From assembly GCA_964016885.1 (NCBI GenBank), contig OZ024756.1, positions 1-64,000 on the forward strand: 64,000 bases of DNA, in the 5' to 3' direction. Source of the DNA: Eledone cirrhosa. Lineage: Eukaryota. Every line of letters starts with the position of its first letter. Position 1 is the first letter of the stretch. Under the pieces are notes generated by a model, which was given only the letters and a program-made list of their open reading frames with translations, ran no database searches and was not told where the DNA came from. The position numbers were made by a program, and so were the translations under genes. This document shows positions 1-11,077 of this stretch, piece after piece.

Positions 1-1400
1 TATTGTCCGACTCTAAGTGTTCTTCCTTACTGTCGAAAGCATCAAGTAATATGTTTTGAAATTTATTTTTGGCTGTGGGGTCCTTTAGCTTCCATATTTT
101 TCTCCTGAGGATAGTCCTCTTCTGCTGTCGAGTACGTCTCGACCTGACTATGAGGTCGCTAATTATCAGTCTATGTTGGGAGGTGCATTCTTCATGGGGG
201 AGGGATTTAGTGTTTACAACAGACACTCTGTCACGTCTTCTGGTAAGGATATAATCTACCTGGCTTGTGTGTTCCCCGGATCTATAGGTGATCAGGTGAT
301 TGTCACGTTTTTTGAAGTTAGTGTTACAGATAGTTAGGTTATTTGCATCACAGAATTCCAGGATTCTGGAGCCTTCCTCATTTCTAGTACCAAACCCATA
401 GCCTCCATGGATTTCGTCGTAGCCGTCACAATGTTGCCCAACGTGACCATTTAGGTCGCCTGCAATAATTATATAGTCACTGTCAGATATTTGGGAGGTG
501 GTGAGCATCAGTGTCTCATAGAATCTGTCTTTTATAGTGCCGGGCAGTCCGGATTGGGGTGCATACGCAGATATTACTGTCACCGTAGTTCTATTGAGGA
601 CAAGTCGTATTTTAATTATTCTGTCGTTCACTCTATTTACGTCTATTATCTTATCCGCCCACTTTTCTGCTACCATGATTCCTACTCCACCCAGCCCATC
701 GTCGTTTCCCACCCAGAAAAGCTTATAACATCGTTTTTTACCCTCAATGAATCTAGCAGACCCACCCCTCCACCTGGTCTCTTGAATACAACAAACATCG
801 ACCTCCTTACGTTCAAGCATTTCTACAACCTCGTTAGCGCGCCCCTTTAGGGTGCCTACATTTATGGTACCAACTCTGAAGTTTTGGATCGCGTTTGGAG
901 GGTGGGGGTGGTGTGGGGCGGGGGGAGATGGGGTTATGTTAGCCATCCGCGGGCGAAACAAAGAAGAGTGCTCGCATTCTCGTCCACGAGGTGAATTTGA
1001 CTTTAGCATTGGCATTTTCGCTCTGAGCGTCCAGATTTTTCTCTCCCCTCCACTCTCCAGGATTCCGCAGTCCGTCCATCCATCCATCCATCATATATCG
1101 AAGGCAACCGTGCAAGCGATAGTATAGGCCTCTGGCTTATGATTGGTCCGCGTAATAATAATAATGGTGATGCGTGTGGGGGGGGGGGTCTCTGGCTTAT
1201 AGTAATAATGGTGATGCGTGTGGGGGGGGGGGGGTCTCTGGCTTATGATTGGTCCACGTATTAAGAATGGTGGTGTGTGGGGGCGGGAGGGAGGTTATGA
1301 ATGTTTACCAGCGAGTAACAAAAAGCAAAACTGCAAGATTTGTTCTGTTCAATACGACAAAAACACCGTATTTAAACCTTAATAAATAACAAAAAAATAC
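1..1400 (-). mobile_element. RTE-clade non-LTR retrotransposon, 5' UTR plus endonuclease region; continues beyond left window edge
   Basis: Reverse complement aligns closely with 57600-58885, e.g. 1-55 matches 58832-58884 and the 5' UTR CCAATCATAAGCCAGAG block is shared. Confidence 0.93.
2..1015 (-). CDS. RTE ORF N-terminus: APE-type (EEP) endonuclease, partial
   Basis: Manual translation MPMLKSNSPRG..MANITPSPPAPHHPHPPNAIQNFRVGTINVGTLKGRANEVVEMLER.., followed by CIQETRW, SAYAPQ, GDLNGHVG motifs. Absent from the ORF track, consistent with an open frame lacking an in-window stop; not every codon was checked. Confidence 0.8.
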   Translation of the reverse strand, partial: MPMLKSNSPRGRECEHSSLFRPRMANITPSPPAPHHPHPPNAIQNFRVGTINVGTLKGRANEVVEMLERKEVDVCCIQETRWRGGSARFIEGKKRCYKLFWVGNDDGLGGVGIMVAEKWADKIIDVNRVNDRIIKIRLVLNRTTVTVISAYAPQSGLPGTIKDRFYETLMLTTSQISDSDYIIIAGDLNGHVGQHCDGYDEIHGGYGFGTRNEEGSRILEFCDANNLTICNTNFKKRDNHLITYRSGEHTSQVDYILTRRRDRVSVVNTKSLPHEECTSQHRLIISDLIVRSRRTRQQKRTILRRKIWKLKDPTAKNKFQNILLDAFDSKEEHLESDN

Positions 1401-2106
1401 AGATTTCGGATTTTGCGGGGTTGGATGTTTGGTCTATGTACGAAATTGTGGTGTGTGGAGGAGATAGGGAAAAACGTGAACGTTACGATTACATGGTTAC
1501 ACCGTAGTAGGGGTAGTTGAAGCAGCAATTGTTTGGCGAAAGTGAATAAACATGAACGGGAATTTATCTTATATATATATGTGTGTGTGTGTGTGTAGCT
1601 AAGAGAGAGAGAGAGAGAGTGGGAAGGGAGAGAGAGAGAGAGAGAGAGAGTGGCTGACCGCAACCCCTCGTGAAGAAAATGGTGGGTGAAGGGTGTATGA
1701 GCGGGATTTTTGACTTTCGAGGTAGCATGATATATATATTTAAAGTAAATTATAAGAAGTAGAATGGAAAGGATTTTGTTGTTTTTTTGTTTTTTTGTTT
1801 GAGAATACGATAGAATTAGGGAATTGGAGGATACGATAGAATTAAGAATGGGAAGGATTTTGTTTTTTTGTTTGGGAATACGATGGAATTAAGGAATTTA
1901 AGGAATTGGAGAATACGATAGAACATATATATATATATATATATATATATCCAAGGAGTGTAACTCGGAGTTACTATAGGTTCACTCGGGTGAGCACTCG
2001 ATGTTTAGGTTCACTTCAGTGTCGAGGTGTAGAGCTAGACAGAGTGTATTATAATTAAATAAGATAACAAGAACGATTGGTTACTCCTTCATTACGTTTA
2101 TTGGTT

Positions 2107-2191
2107 GGTGACGCGCGTTTCACCACTGACCAGCACAAGGTTCGATCTGTATCGATCTGACCTGACTCTGTAATCCGTGGCTCGTCAGACC
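2107..2191 (-). ncRNA. Type I hammerhead ribozyme motif with extended stem II
   Basis: Minus strand GGT-CTGACGA-GCCAC..(50 nt)..GTGGT-GAAA-CGCGCG-TC-ACC, then AATAAA. Cassette 1951-2198 is bounded by (TA)n on both sides. Confidence 0.75.
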
Positions 2192-2196
2192 CCTTG

Positions 2197-2242
<46 letters not shown>

Positions 2243-2369
2243 GTGAGGTTTTTTTACAAAATGAAAAATAACTGAGGTGTCCTACACAAGTGAAAGTATA
2301 AAGAAAAAAAGATGAAATCGAAAATGCAACTGGAGTCTTATTTAAAAAAATATATATATATTTATTTGG

Positions 2370-2411
2370 CTCCTTTACCGGTTTCGCAGTTCTTCTGCTT
2401 TTCAAAAGTAG
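2370..2411 (-). ncRNA. Minimal type I hammerhead, U3-A8 core variant (left arm)
   Basis: Minus strand CTACTT-TTGAAAA-GCAG-AAGAA-CTGC-GAAA-CCGG-TA-AAGGAG, then AATAAA. Confidence 0.65.
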
Positions 2412-2479
2412 AGTTGAGATGGAGGGTCTGTGGTTTTTCTCACATCTGTGAGAAAAACCACAGACCCTCCATCTCAACT

Positions 2480-2521
2480 CTACTTTTGAAAAGCAGAAGA
2501 ACTGCGAAACCGGTAAAGGAA
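2480..2521 (+). ncRNA. Minimal type I hammerhead, U3-A8 core variant (right arm)
   Basis: CTACTT-TTGAAAA-GCAG-AAGAA-CTGC-GAAA-CCGG-TA-AAGGAA, then AATAAA. Confidence 0.62.
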
Positions 2522-2587
2522 CCAAATAAATATATATATTTAAAAAAAAATAAGACTCCAGTTGCATTTTCGATTTCATCTTTTTTT

Positions 2588-2624
<37 letters not shown>

Positions 2625-3344
2625 GGTTAAAGACTTGATCATCAAGACTGCCTAGGGTTAAAGACTTGATCACCAGGTGTACCTAGGGCTAATGATGCGA
2701 TCAGCAAGATTGCCTAGAGTTAAAATCAGCCATAAAGAATTATCTTCACACATTTCAGACATTAAAATATATTAAACATCTTCTAATACACACTTTTTGG
2801 CATAAATATTTATTTAATTCATTTACATTGGCAAATGTTCTATTATATACCCAGCTTGACATAAGTAGCAATGTAATCAAAGTTACTCTTAGGTAGAAGT
2901 AATGAAGTAGTTATCCTCAGATGAAGAGACAATAAGATCAGAAGTGCACAAAGGTAATAGCTTCTGTTCTGTGGTATGTTTGCACTTCTTTACACTGTGA
3001 AGCTCCTAACTGAATAACTGGAGTTAGATTTAGTTTAAATGTGATCTTAAATCTTCAGATATAGAACTGTGTATTTCATAAATAATTATTTCATGAACAT
3101 CTCCCACCACCAATACCATCACCACAACTACCACTACACACTATCACACCACCAACACCATCACCACAACTACCGCACCACCAACAGTATCATCACAACT
3201 ACCACCACCACCACCACCACCACCACCACTACTACACACCACCACCCTATCTACTTTTCAAGAGAATATATTTATATTCAAACGAGAAAATAAATTGAAA
3301 ATGAAATCTGAAGTGGAAATATTCCCTGGTTATGTTAGGAATAT

Positions 3345-4261
3345 ATTAATGTGGTGTGGTGGTGGTGTTGTTGTGTATGGTGTAGTGTGTGGTGTGGTGG
3401 TGTAGTGTATGGTGTTGTGTAGTGTAGTGTGGTGAGGTGTGATGAGGTGTGGTGTGGTGTGGTGTAGTGAGGTGTGGTGTAGTGAGGTGTGGTATGGTGT
3501 AGTGTGGTGAGGTGTGTGGTATGGTGTGGTGTAGTGTGGTGAGGTGTGGTGTAGTGAGGTGTGGTGTGGTGAGGTGTGGTGTGGTGAGGTGTGGTGTAGT
3601 GAGGTGTGGTGTAGTGAGGTGTGGTATGGTGTGGTGTAGTGTGGTGAGGTGTGGTGTAGTGAGGTGTGGTGAGGTGTGGTGTAGTGAGGTGTGGTGTGGT
3701 GGTTGGTGTATGGTGTGGTGTAGTGTGGTGAGGTGTGGTGTAGTGAGGTGTGGTGTAGTGAGGTGTGGTGTGGTGAGGTGTAGTGAGGTGTGGTATGGTG
3801 TGGTGTAGTGTGGCGAGGTGTGGTGTAGTGAGGTGTGGTGTGGTGGTTGGTGTATGGTGTGGTGTAGTGTGGTGAGGTGAGGTGTGGTGTGGTGAGGTGT
3901 GGTGAGGTGTGGTGAGGTGTGGTGTAGTGTGGTGAGGTGTGGTGTGGTGTGGTGAGGTGTAGTGTGGTGACGTGTGGTGTGGTGTGGTATGGTGTAGTGT
4001 GGTGTGGTGTGGTGGTTGGTGTGGTATGGTGTGGTGTAGCGTAGTGTGGTGTGTGTGGTGATGTATGGCGTGGTGTGTGAGATATGGTGTGGTGTGGTGT
4101 GTGTGGTATGGTGTGTATGTGTGTATATGTATATGCACGTATGTATGTGTGTGCACGTACATATGTATGTGTATGCACGTATATATGTGTGCATGCACGT
4201 ATACATGTGTGTGCACGTATATATAATGTGTGTACACGTATATATATATGTGTGTGTGCAC

Positions 4262-4307
<46 letters not shown>

Positions 4308-4345
4308 ATGCACGTATAATTGTATGTGTATACACGTATACATGT
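3345..4345. repeat. Low-complexity pentamer array (GTGTG/GTGTA/GTGAG) grading into TG/TA microsatellite
   Basis: Direct inspection; source of the spurious H/T/P- and V/C/G-rich ORFs. Confidence 0.95.
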
Positions 4346-4492
4346 AAGTGTGTAGTAATAATATTAACAAAAAATAGAATTAAGAAACAATTTAAAATGG
4401 CCACCAGAGGTTCTTCCAGGCAGGGTGGTGAAATAAATATTAAAACTTACAGAGCACATCACCTCTCTCTCTCTCTCTCTCTCTCGAGACAC

Positions 4493-4558
<66 letters not shown>

Positions 4559-4559
4559 G

Positions 4560-4690
4560 TATACTTTATCCTCTGGAAGGATAAAAGCAAAGTTGACCTC
4601 AGCAGGATTTGAACTCAGTAAGTCACAACTAAATTCTGTAAAGCATTTTGTCTGACATTCTACCGATTCTGGCAATACACAGCCCTTTAT
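4560..4690 (-). mobile_element. Meta-domain-type tRNA-derived SINE, decayed
   Basis: GGATAAAAGCAAAGTTGACCTCAGCAGGATTTGAACTCAG: B box GAGTTCAAATCC on minus strand; same family as 30975-31160. Confidence 0.7.
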
Positions 4691-4849
4691 AAGAATTACC
4701 ATCTAATAATTTCAATTTCAGGCATAGGGTCTTATAATTATTTATACTTTTCTAAGAAGAGGGGGAAATGTGAGAGGGTGGGATTACAGCTGACTGACTC
4801 CAGTTCTGTAGTATAGAATTATTTAACAGTATATTGCTGTAGTTTATTG

Positions 4850-6305
4850 TCTTGGATCAATTGACGGATCAGTGACAAGAAGTTAGGAGGACATACGCAT
4901 CTCAGCTGACTTGGATCAAGTGAGGGATCAGTGACAAGAAGTTAGGAGGACATACATATCTCAGCTGACTTGGATCAAGTGAGGGATCAGTGACAAGAAG
5001 TTAGGAGGACATACATATCTCAGCTGACTTGGATCAAGTGAGGGATCAGTGACAAGAAGTTAGGAGGACATACATATCTCAGCTGACTTGGATCAAGTGA
5101 GGGATCAGTGACAAGAAGTTAGGAGGACATACATATCTCAGCTGACTTGGATCAAGTGAGGGATCAGTGACAAGTTAGGAGGACATACATATCTCAGCTG
5201 ACTTGGGTCAATTGACGGATCAGTGACAAGTTAGGAGGACATACATATCTCAGCTGACTTGGATCAATTGACGGATCAGTGACAAGTTAGGAGGACATAC
5301 ATATCTCAGCTGACTTGGGTCAATTGACGGATCAGTGACAAGTTAGGAGGACATACATATCTCAGCTGACTTGGATCAATTGACGGATCAGTGACAAGTT
5401 AGGAGGACATACATATCTCAGCTGACTTGGGTCAATTGACGGATCAGTGACAAGTTAGGAGGACATACATATCAGCTGACTTGGATCAAGTGAGGGATCA
5501 GTGACAAGAAGTTAGGAGGACATACATATCTCAGCTGACTTGGATCAAGTGAGGGATCAGTGACAAGAAGTTAGGAGGACATACATATCTCAGCTGACTT
5601 GGATCAAGTGAGGGATCAGTGACAAGAAGTTAGGACATACATATCAGCTGACTTGGATCAAGTGAGGGATCAGTGACAAGAAGTTAGGAGGACATGCATA
5701 TCAGCTGACTTGGATCAAGTGAGGGATCAGTGACAAGAAGTTAGGAGGACATGCATATCAGCTGACTTGGATCAAGTGAGGGATCAGTGTCAAGAAGTTA
5801 GGACATACATATCAGCTGACTTGGATCAAGTGAGGGATCAGTGACAAGAAGTTAGGAGGACATACATATCTCAGCTGACTTGGATCAAGTGAGGGATCAG
5901 TGACAAGAAGTTAGGACATACATATCAGCTGACTTGGATCAAGTGAGGGATCAGTGACAAGAAGTTAGGAGGACATACATATCTCAGCTGACTTGGATCA
6001 ATTGAGGGATCAGTGACAAGAAGTTAGGAGGACATACATATCTCAGCTGACTTGGATCAAGTGAGGGATCAGTGACAAGAAGTTAGGAGGACATACATAT
6101 CTCAGCTGACTTGGATCAAGTGAGGGATCAGTGACAAGAAGTTAGGAGGACATACATATCTCAGCTGACTTGGATCAAGTGAGGGATCAGTGACAAGAAG
6201 TTAGGAGGACATGCATATCAGCTGACTTGGATCAAGTGAGGGATCAGTGTCAAGAAGTTAGGAGGACATGCATATCAGCTGACTTGGGTCAATTGACGGA
6301 TCAGT
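4850..6305. repeat. Minisatellite, ~54-59 bp unit, ~25 copies
   Basis: Unit CTTGGATCAAGTGAGGGATCAGTGACAAGAAGTTAGGAGGACATACATATCTCAGCTGA. Confidence 0.97.
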
Positions 6306-6454
6306 TGTCCTGAATCAATAGATGGATCAGTTATTTTGGAGCAATTGATGGATCAGAAGCTAGGAGGGTACAAATCTCTCATTAGGTGAAAACTCACTTA
6401 GATTGTTACCAGTTTTATATTATGTACAATATAATGGTAACAAATCTTTGTGAA

Positions 6455-7130
6455 CTGATAGTGTGTGTGTGTGTGTTTGATAGTGTATGTATGTGTGAGA
6501 GAGAGTGTGTGTATGTTTGATAGTGTATGCATGTGTGTGAGAGTGTGTGTATGTATATGTGAAAGAGAGAGAGTATGTATGTTTGATAGTGTATGTATGT
6601 GTGTGAGAGTGTGTGTATGTTTGATAGTGTACGTATGTGTGAAAGAGAGAGAGAGTGTGTATGTTTGATAGTGTATGTATGTGTGAGAGTGTGTGTATAT
6701 TTGATAGTGTATGTATGTGTGAAAGAGAGAGTGTGTGTATGTTTGATAGTGTATGTATGTGTGAGAGACAGAGAGTGTGTATGTTTGATAGTGTATGTAT
6801 GTGTGTGAGAGACAGAGTGTGTGTATGTTTGATAGTGTATGTATGTGTGTGAGAGTGTGTGTATGTTTGATAGTGTATGTGTGTGAGAGACAGAGTGTGT
6901 GTATGTTTGATAGTGTATGTATGTGTGAAAGAGAGAGTGTGTGTGTCTATGTTTGATAGTGTATGTATGAGAGAGAGAGAGAGAGAGAGAGTGTATGTTT
7001 GATAGTGTATGTATGTGAGAGAGAGAGAGTGTATGTTTGATAGTGTATGTATGTGTGAGAGAGAGTGTATGTTTGATAGTGTATGTATGTGAGAGAGAGA
7101 GAGTGTATGTTTGATAGTGTATGTATGTGT
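6455..7130. repeat. Microsatellite-derived minisatellite (TGTATGTTTGATAGTGTATG core plus TG/AG tracts)
   Basis: Core recurs every ~32-44 bp. Confidence 0.92.
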
Positions 7131-7274
7131 GTGCTGTACAGTAGGCTATCAACATGGCTGCTTGTTGCATCTCATTTAAACACAAATCATGTGACAATTG
7201 ATGCTGTATGTAGTACATACACGTTTGTGTGTGTATATATGAGTATATATATACGTGTGTATATACACACGTGT

Positions 7275-7319
<45 letters not shown>

Positions 7320-7482
7320 CAGAAGACAGTTTTTAATGAAATTTTTGCCTTGTTTCATCTTCTATACACTGCTGCTGTTTATGTGAATAAATAGCAAACA
7401 TTAGCAAGCAGATAATCTCTGAGTTGGGCAGAGGAAGCAAACCAATGTAGTAATTTATTATCTACAATACACACACACACAC

Positions 7483-7514
<32 letters not shown>

Positions 7515-7607
7515 TATATTTGTAGAAACAAAAACACATACATATACACATATATACATACACATTTAAAAACAAAAACATACATATACACACACACATG
7601 TATATAT

Positions 7608-9235
7608 CATCAACATCGTCGTTTAACGTCTATCTTGCACGCTAGCATGGGTTAGATGGGAATTGTCCTACTTGAGGCAAGATTGTTCGGGTGACTGTGT
7701 CTCGCTCATATAGGACTGTACCTGGCAGATTTTCTACGGCAGGATATCCTTCCTAACACCAACCACTTTACAGTGTGGATTGGGAGCTTTTTTACTGTGT
7801 CTCCTACATGACCTCTTTACAGTGTGGACTGGGAGCTTTTTTACTGTGTCTCCTACATGACCACTTTACAGTGTGGACTGGGAGTTTTTTTACTGTGTCT
7901 CCTACACGACCACTTTACAGTGTGGATTGGGAGCTTTTTTACTGTGTCTCCTACATGACCTCTTTACAGTGTGGACTGGGAGCTTTTTTACTGTGTCTCC
8001 TACATGACCACTTTACAGTGTGGACTGGGAGTTTTTTTACTGTGTCTCCTACATGACCACTTTACAGTGTGGACTGGGAGTTTTTTTACTGTGTCTCCTA
8101 CACGACCACTTTACAGTGTGGACTGGGAGTTTTTTTACTGTGTCTCCTACATGACCACTTTACAGTGTGGACTGGGAGTTTTTTTACTGTGTCTCCTACA
8201 CGACCACTTTACAGTGTGGACTGGGAGTTTTTTTACTGTGTCTCCTACACGACCACTTTACAGTGTGGACTGGGAGTTTTTTTACTGTGTCTCCTACACG
8301 ACCACTTTACAGTGTGGACTGGGAGTTTTTTTACTGTGTCTCCTACACGACCACTTTACAGTGTGGACTGGGAGCTTTTTTACTGTGTCTCCTACACGAC
8401 CACTTTACAGTGTGGACTGGGAGCTTTTTTACTGTGTCTCCTACACGACCACTTTACAGTGTGGACTGGGAGCTTTTTTACTGTGTCTCCTACATGACCA
8501 CTTTACAGTGTGGACTGGGAGCTTTTTTACTGTGTCTCCTACACGACCACTTTACAGTGTGGACTGGGAGCTTTTTTACTGTGTCTCCTACACGACCACT
8601 TTACAGTGTGGACTGGGAGCTTTTTTACTGTGTCTCCTACACGACCACTTTACAGTGTGGACTGGGAGCTTTTTTACTGTGTCTCCTACACGACCACTTT
8701 ACAGTGTGGACTGGGAGCTTTTTTACTGTGTCTCCTACACGACCACTTTACAGTGTGGACTGGGAGCTTTTTTACTGTGTCTCCTACACGACCACTTTAC
8801 AGTGTGGGCTGGGAGCCTTTTTACTGTGTCTCCTACATGACCACTTTACAGTGTGGACTGGGAGCTTTTTTACTGTGTCTCCTACACGACCACTTTACAG
8901 TGTGGGCTGGGAGCCTTTTTACTGTGTCTCCTACACGACCACTTTACAGTGTGGACTGGGAGCTTTTTTACTGTGTCTCCTACACGACCACTTTACAGTG
9001 TGGACTGGGAGCTTTTTTACTGTGTCTCCTACACGACCACTTTACAGTGTGGACTGGGAGCTTTTTTACTGTGTCTCCTACACGACCACTTTACAGTGTG
9101 GACTGGGAGCTTTTTTACTGTGTCTCCTACACGACCACTTTACAGTGTGGGCTGGGAGCCTTTTTACTGTGTCTCCTACATGACCACTTTACAGTGTGGA
9201 CTGGATGTTCTGTGGTGCCAACATACCTTTACACA
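7608..9235 (-). mobile_element. RTE 3' UTR fragment containing an internally amplified 49-bp unit
   Basis: 7608-7765 matches the reverse complement of the RTE 3' end (61260-61410). After the array, TGTGGTGCCAACATACCTTTACACAGAAAGGG matches the reverse complement of 55645-55680 and 61110-61140. Confidence 0.88.
7762..9203. repeat. Minisatellite, 49-bp unit, ~29 copies
   Basis: Unit ACCACTTTACAGTGTGGACTGGGAGCTTTTTTACTGTGTCTCCTACACG. Confidence 0.97.
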
Positions 9236-9345
9236 GAAAGGGTGGTGTTGGTATATATTTGTAGAAACAAAAACATATACACATACACATGTGTATATAT
9301 ATTTGTAGAAACAAAAAGACATATATACATATATATATATACACA

Positions 9346-9384
<39 letters not shown>

Positions 9385-9561
9385 GCAGAAGGGATATTCA
9401 ATTTGTTGGTAATTCAACAAATATAAATGTTTGTAACTGATTAAGAGCACACAACAGTTTTCTGGAGTATAATATACAATGATATTAAATAAATGTTATC
9501 CAGGGATAACTTGAACCGTTAAGGTATATTATCCTTGGTTATGTTTATAAAACACACTTCG

Positions 9562-9623
9562 TATTTTATCTGATGATAGCGTACCAACATTTTTGGTACC
9601 CTTGAAATATATATAATAGAATA
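9562..9623 (+). ncRNA. Type I hammerhead motif at the apex of a longer fold-back (9472-9671)
   Basis: TATTTTAT-CTGATGA-TAGCGTACCAA-CATTT-TTGGTACCCTT-GAAA-TATATA-TA-ATAGAATA. 8-bp stem I; AATAAA overlaps its 3' end. Confidence 0.7.
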
Positions 9624-9689
9624 AATATGGTTTTATAAATATAGTTTCCATTTATTTAATATCATTGTATATATATCATCATCATCATC

Positions 9690-10430
9690 ATTCTTCGACT
9701 ACTGTCGAGATGACGGATCTCACTCTCATGCCCCCCATCGCTGCCCCCAGGTCCTGTCTACTGATTCCCGTATCCCTAGAGATCATTATGATCAGAAAGA
9801 GGACCCGGGAAAGCAGGGGCTGGACCTATATCAACAGGTATACCATATAGTGTGGTTCCCTGAGGAACAGGAACCCTGGTGTAGTCAGTTGCGAAATCCA
9901 TCATCTTTTCAAATAGCTAATAATGTGTGTGGGCGCCACTACTACACACATGTGAAAGAATTTGACAGCCAAGTCTTGAAGAAGGTGCTTCCTCCTCCGT
10001 GTGGTGGGTTACCCGGCGCCAGATACCAACCTGGCATTTATACCCTCGCCCTAATTGTTCGTGTTGCAAGCACTAGAGTAGTCGCTAACCAAAGCTACGG
10101 ACCCACTCTATCCGTCTGGAGATACATTGTACTAGCTTACCAGCATACTAGTAGCAGGAAGTAACGTCAGGGAATGTGACTTTTCCGGCACTGCAGCGCC
10201 TTTCGGCGGGCCGTGCTGGTTTTGGATGGCCATTGACTCCAAGAGCTCTAAGAGCTCCCAGGAGTTCCTTTGCCCTTTGACAGGTTTTGTTTTTAGTCCT
10301 GCAGGATGTCCAAAGTCACCTTCCTCACCAAAAAATCTTGGTGGGGTTGCCAGTTTAGTCGCCAACGACACGACCATGAGACAGGTTGTACTGGGATACA
10401 TATTACCAGTAGCACCAACTGGTGACCTGA
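9690..10430 (-). mobile_element. GC-richer unique segment, possibly the 5' UTR of another LINE family
   Basis: Composition shift between microsatellite boundaries; minus-strand GGCGACTAAACTGGCAACCCC..AAAAACAAAACCTGTCAAAGGG recalls RTE-type 5' UTRs. No convincing ORF. Confidence 0.3.
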
Positions 10431-10619
10431 CATATATATTGTATATGTCATCATCATCATCATTTAATGTCCACGTTCCACGCTTGCATATATATATATT
10501 ATATTTGTAGAAACAAACATCTTTTTTACATTCGTTGGTGTTTATCTTCGCTTCAATCACTCTTCAATACTCAAGCCTCATTCTGAATTTTTCCTTTTTT
10601 AAGATGGCTGACTAACAAC

Positions 10620-10835
10620 AACAACATGTGCTTTCTCTCCTATTTATTTATTTTCTTACTCCCCTGTATCTTCCTTTTTTTTTCTTTTTCTCTCCCTTTA
10701 TCTTCCGATGAAGGTTGGTATCCGAAACCTTACAACACTTTTCCAACTGCATCAAGCATTAAACTAATACACCATCATTGTATTGTACTGTATTGTTCTT
10801 TGTTATTTCCCGTTGTTCCTTGTTGACTAATCTAT
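10620..10835 (+). mobile_element. Penelope-like pLTR relic with degenerate hammerhead core (10705-10735)
   Basis: TATCTT-CCGATGA-AGGTTGGTATCC-GAAAC. Homologous to the minus strand of 38745-38920 (shared AACTAATA..TTGTACTGT.TTGTT downstream). Confidence 0.5.
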
Positions 10836-10936
10836 TACGTAACAGCCATGGTGGTCATGGAAGTGCTGGTTAGGGGCTCAATCTTGATAAGGACCTAAAT
10901 GGTGATTATATATATATTTATATATATATATATATA

Positions 10937-10990
10937 TGGCTTTCCTGATGATTTCCTTTGAATGAAACAGTTCTTGTTCTGTAGAAGCCA
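10937..10990 (+). ncRNA. Type I hammerhead motif with true stem III
   Basis: TGGCTTTC-CTGATGA-TTTC-CTTT-GAAT-GAAA-CAG-TTCTTGTT-CTG-TA-GAAGCCA. Begins directly after (TA)n; ATTAAA follows. Confidence 0.72.
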
Positions 10991-11077
10991 TTTCTATATT
11001 AAACATTTATACTCTGCTATGTATTGAGTACCTTACCTACTGTGGTTACCACCGATTGAACCCGGGATACACACACA

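Larger units (their letters stand above)
2297..2594. repeat. Near-perfect ~148-bp-arm palindrome (2-nt loop at 2445-2446) carrying two inverted hammerhead motifs
   Basis: ..GGTTTTTCTCACA-TC-TGTGAGAAAAACC..; the two strands give near-identical ORFs (2312+ and 2055-). Confidence 0.95.

Noticed and set aside
69-1127. Plus-strand ORFs repeated at 57684-59569 on the minus strand
   Set aside because: Antisense shadows of the RTE ORF.
2122-2181. Resemblance of CAGAGTCAGGTC to the SRP RNA helix 8 5' strand
   Set aside because: The partner strand (GNRA loop, AGCAG) is absent.
1400-2200. Hammerheads as part of the RTE 5' end (both extended-stem-II HHRs lie near RTE 5' ends)
   Set aside because: Relative orientation differs between the two loci and the intervening sequences are unrelated; co-location is better explained by shared (TA)n targets.
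2620-2730. Telomeric TTAGGG seed
   Set aside because: Single hexamer within a short ~31-bp degenerate repeat, not a telomeric tract.
3330-9412. Long ORFs (289-352 aa) such as HHTTP-, HTYTI- and DWELFY-repeat proteins
   Set aside because: Stop-free translations of micro/minisatellites in several frames at once.
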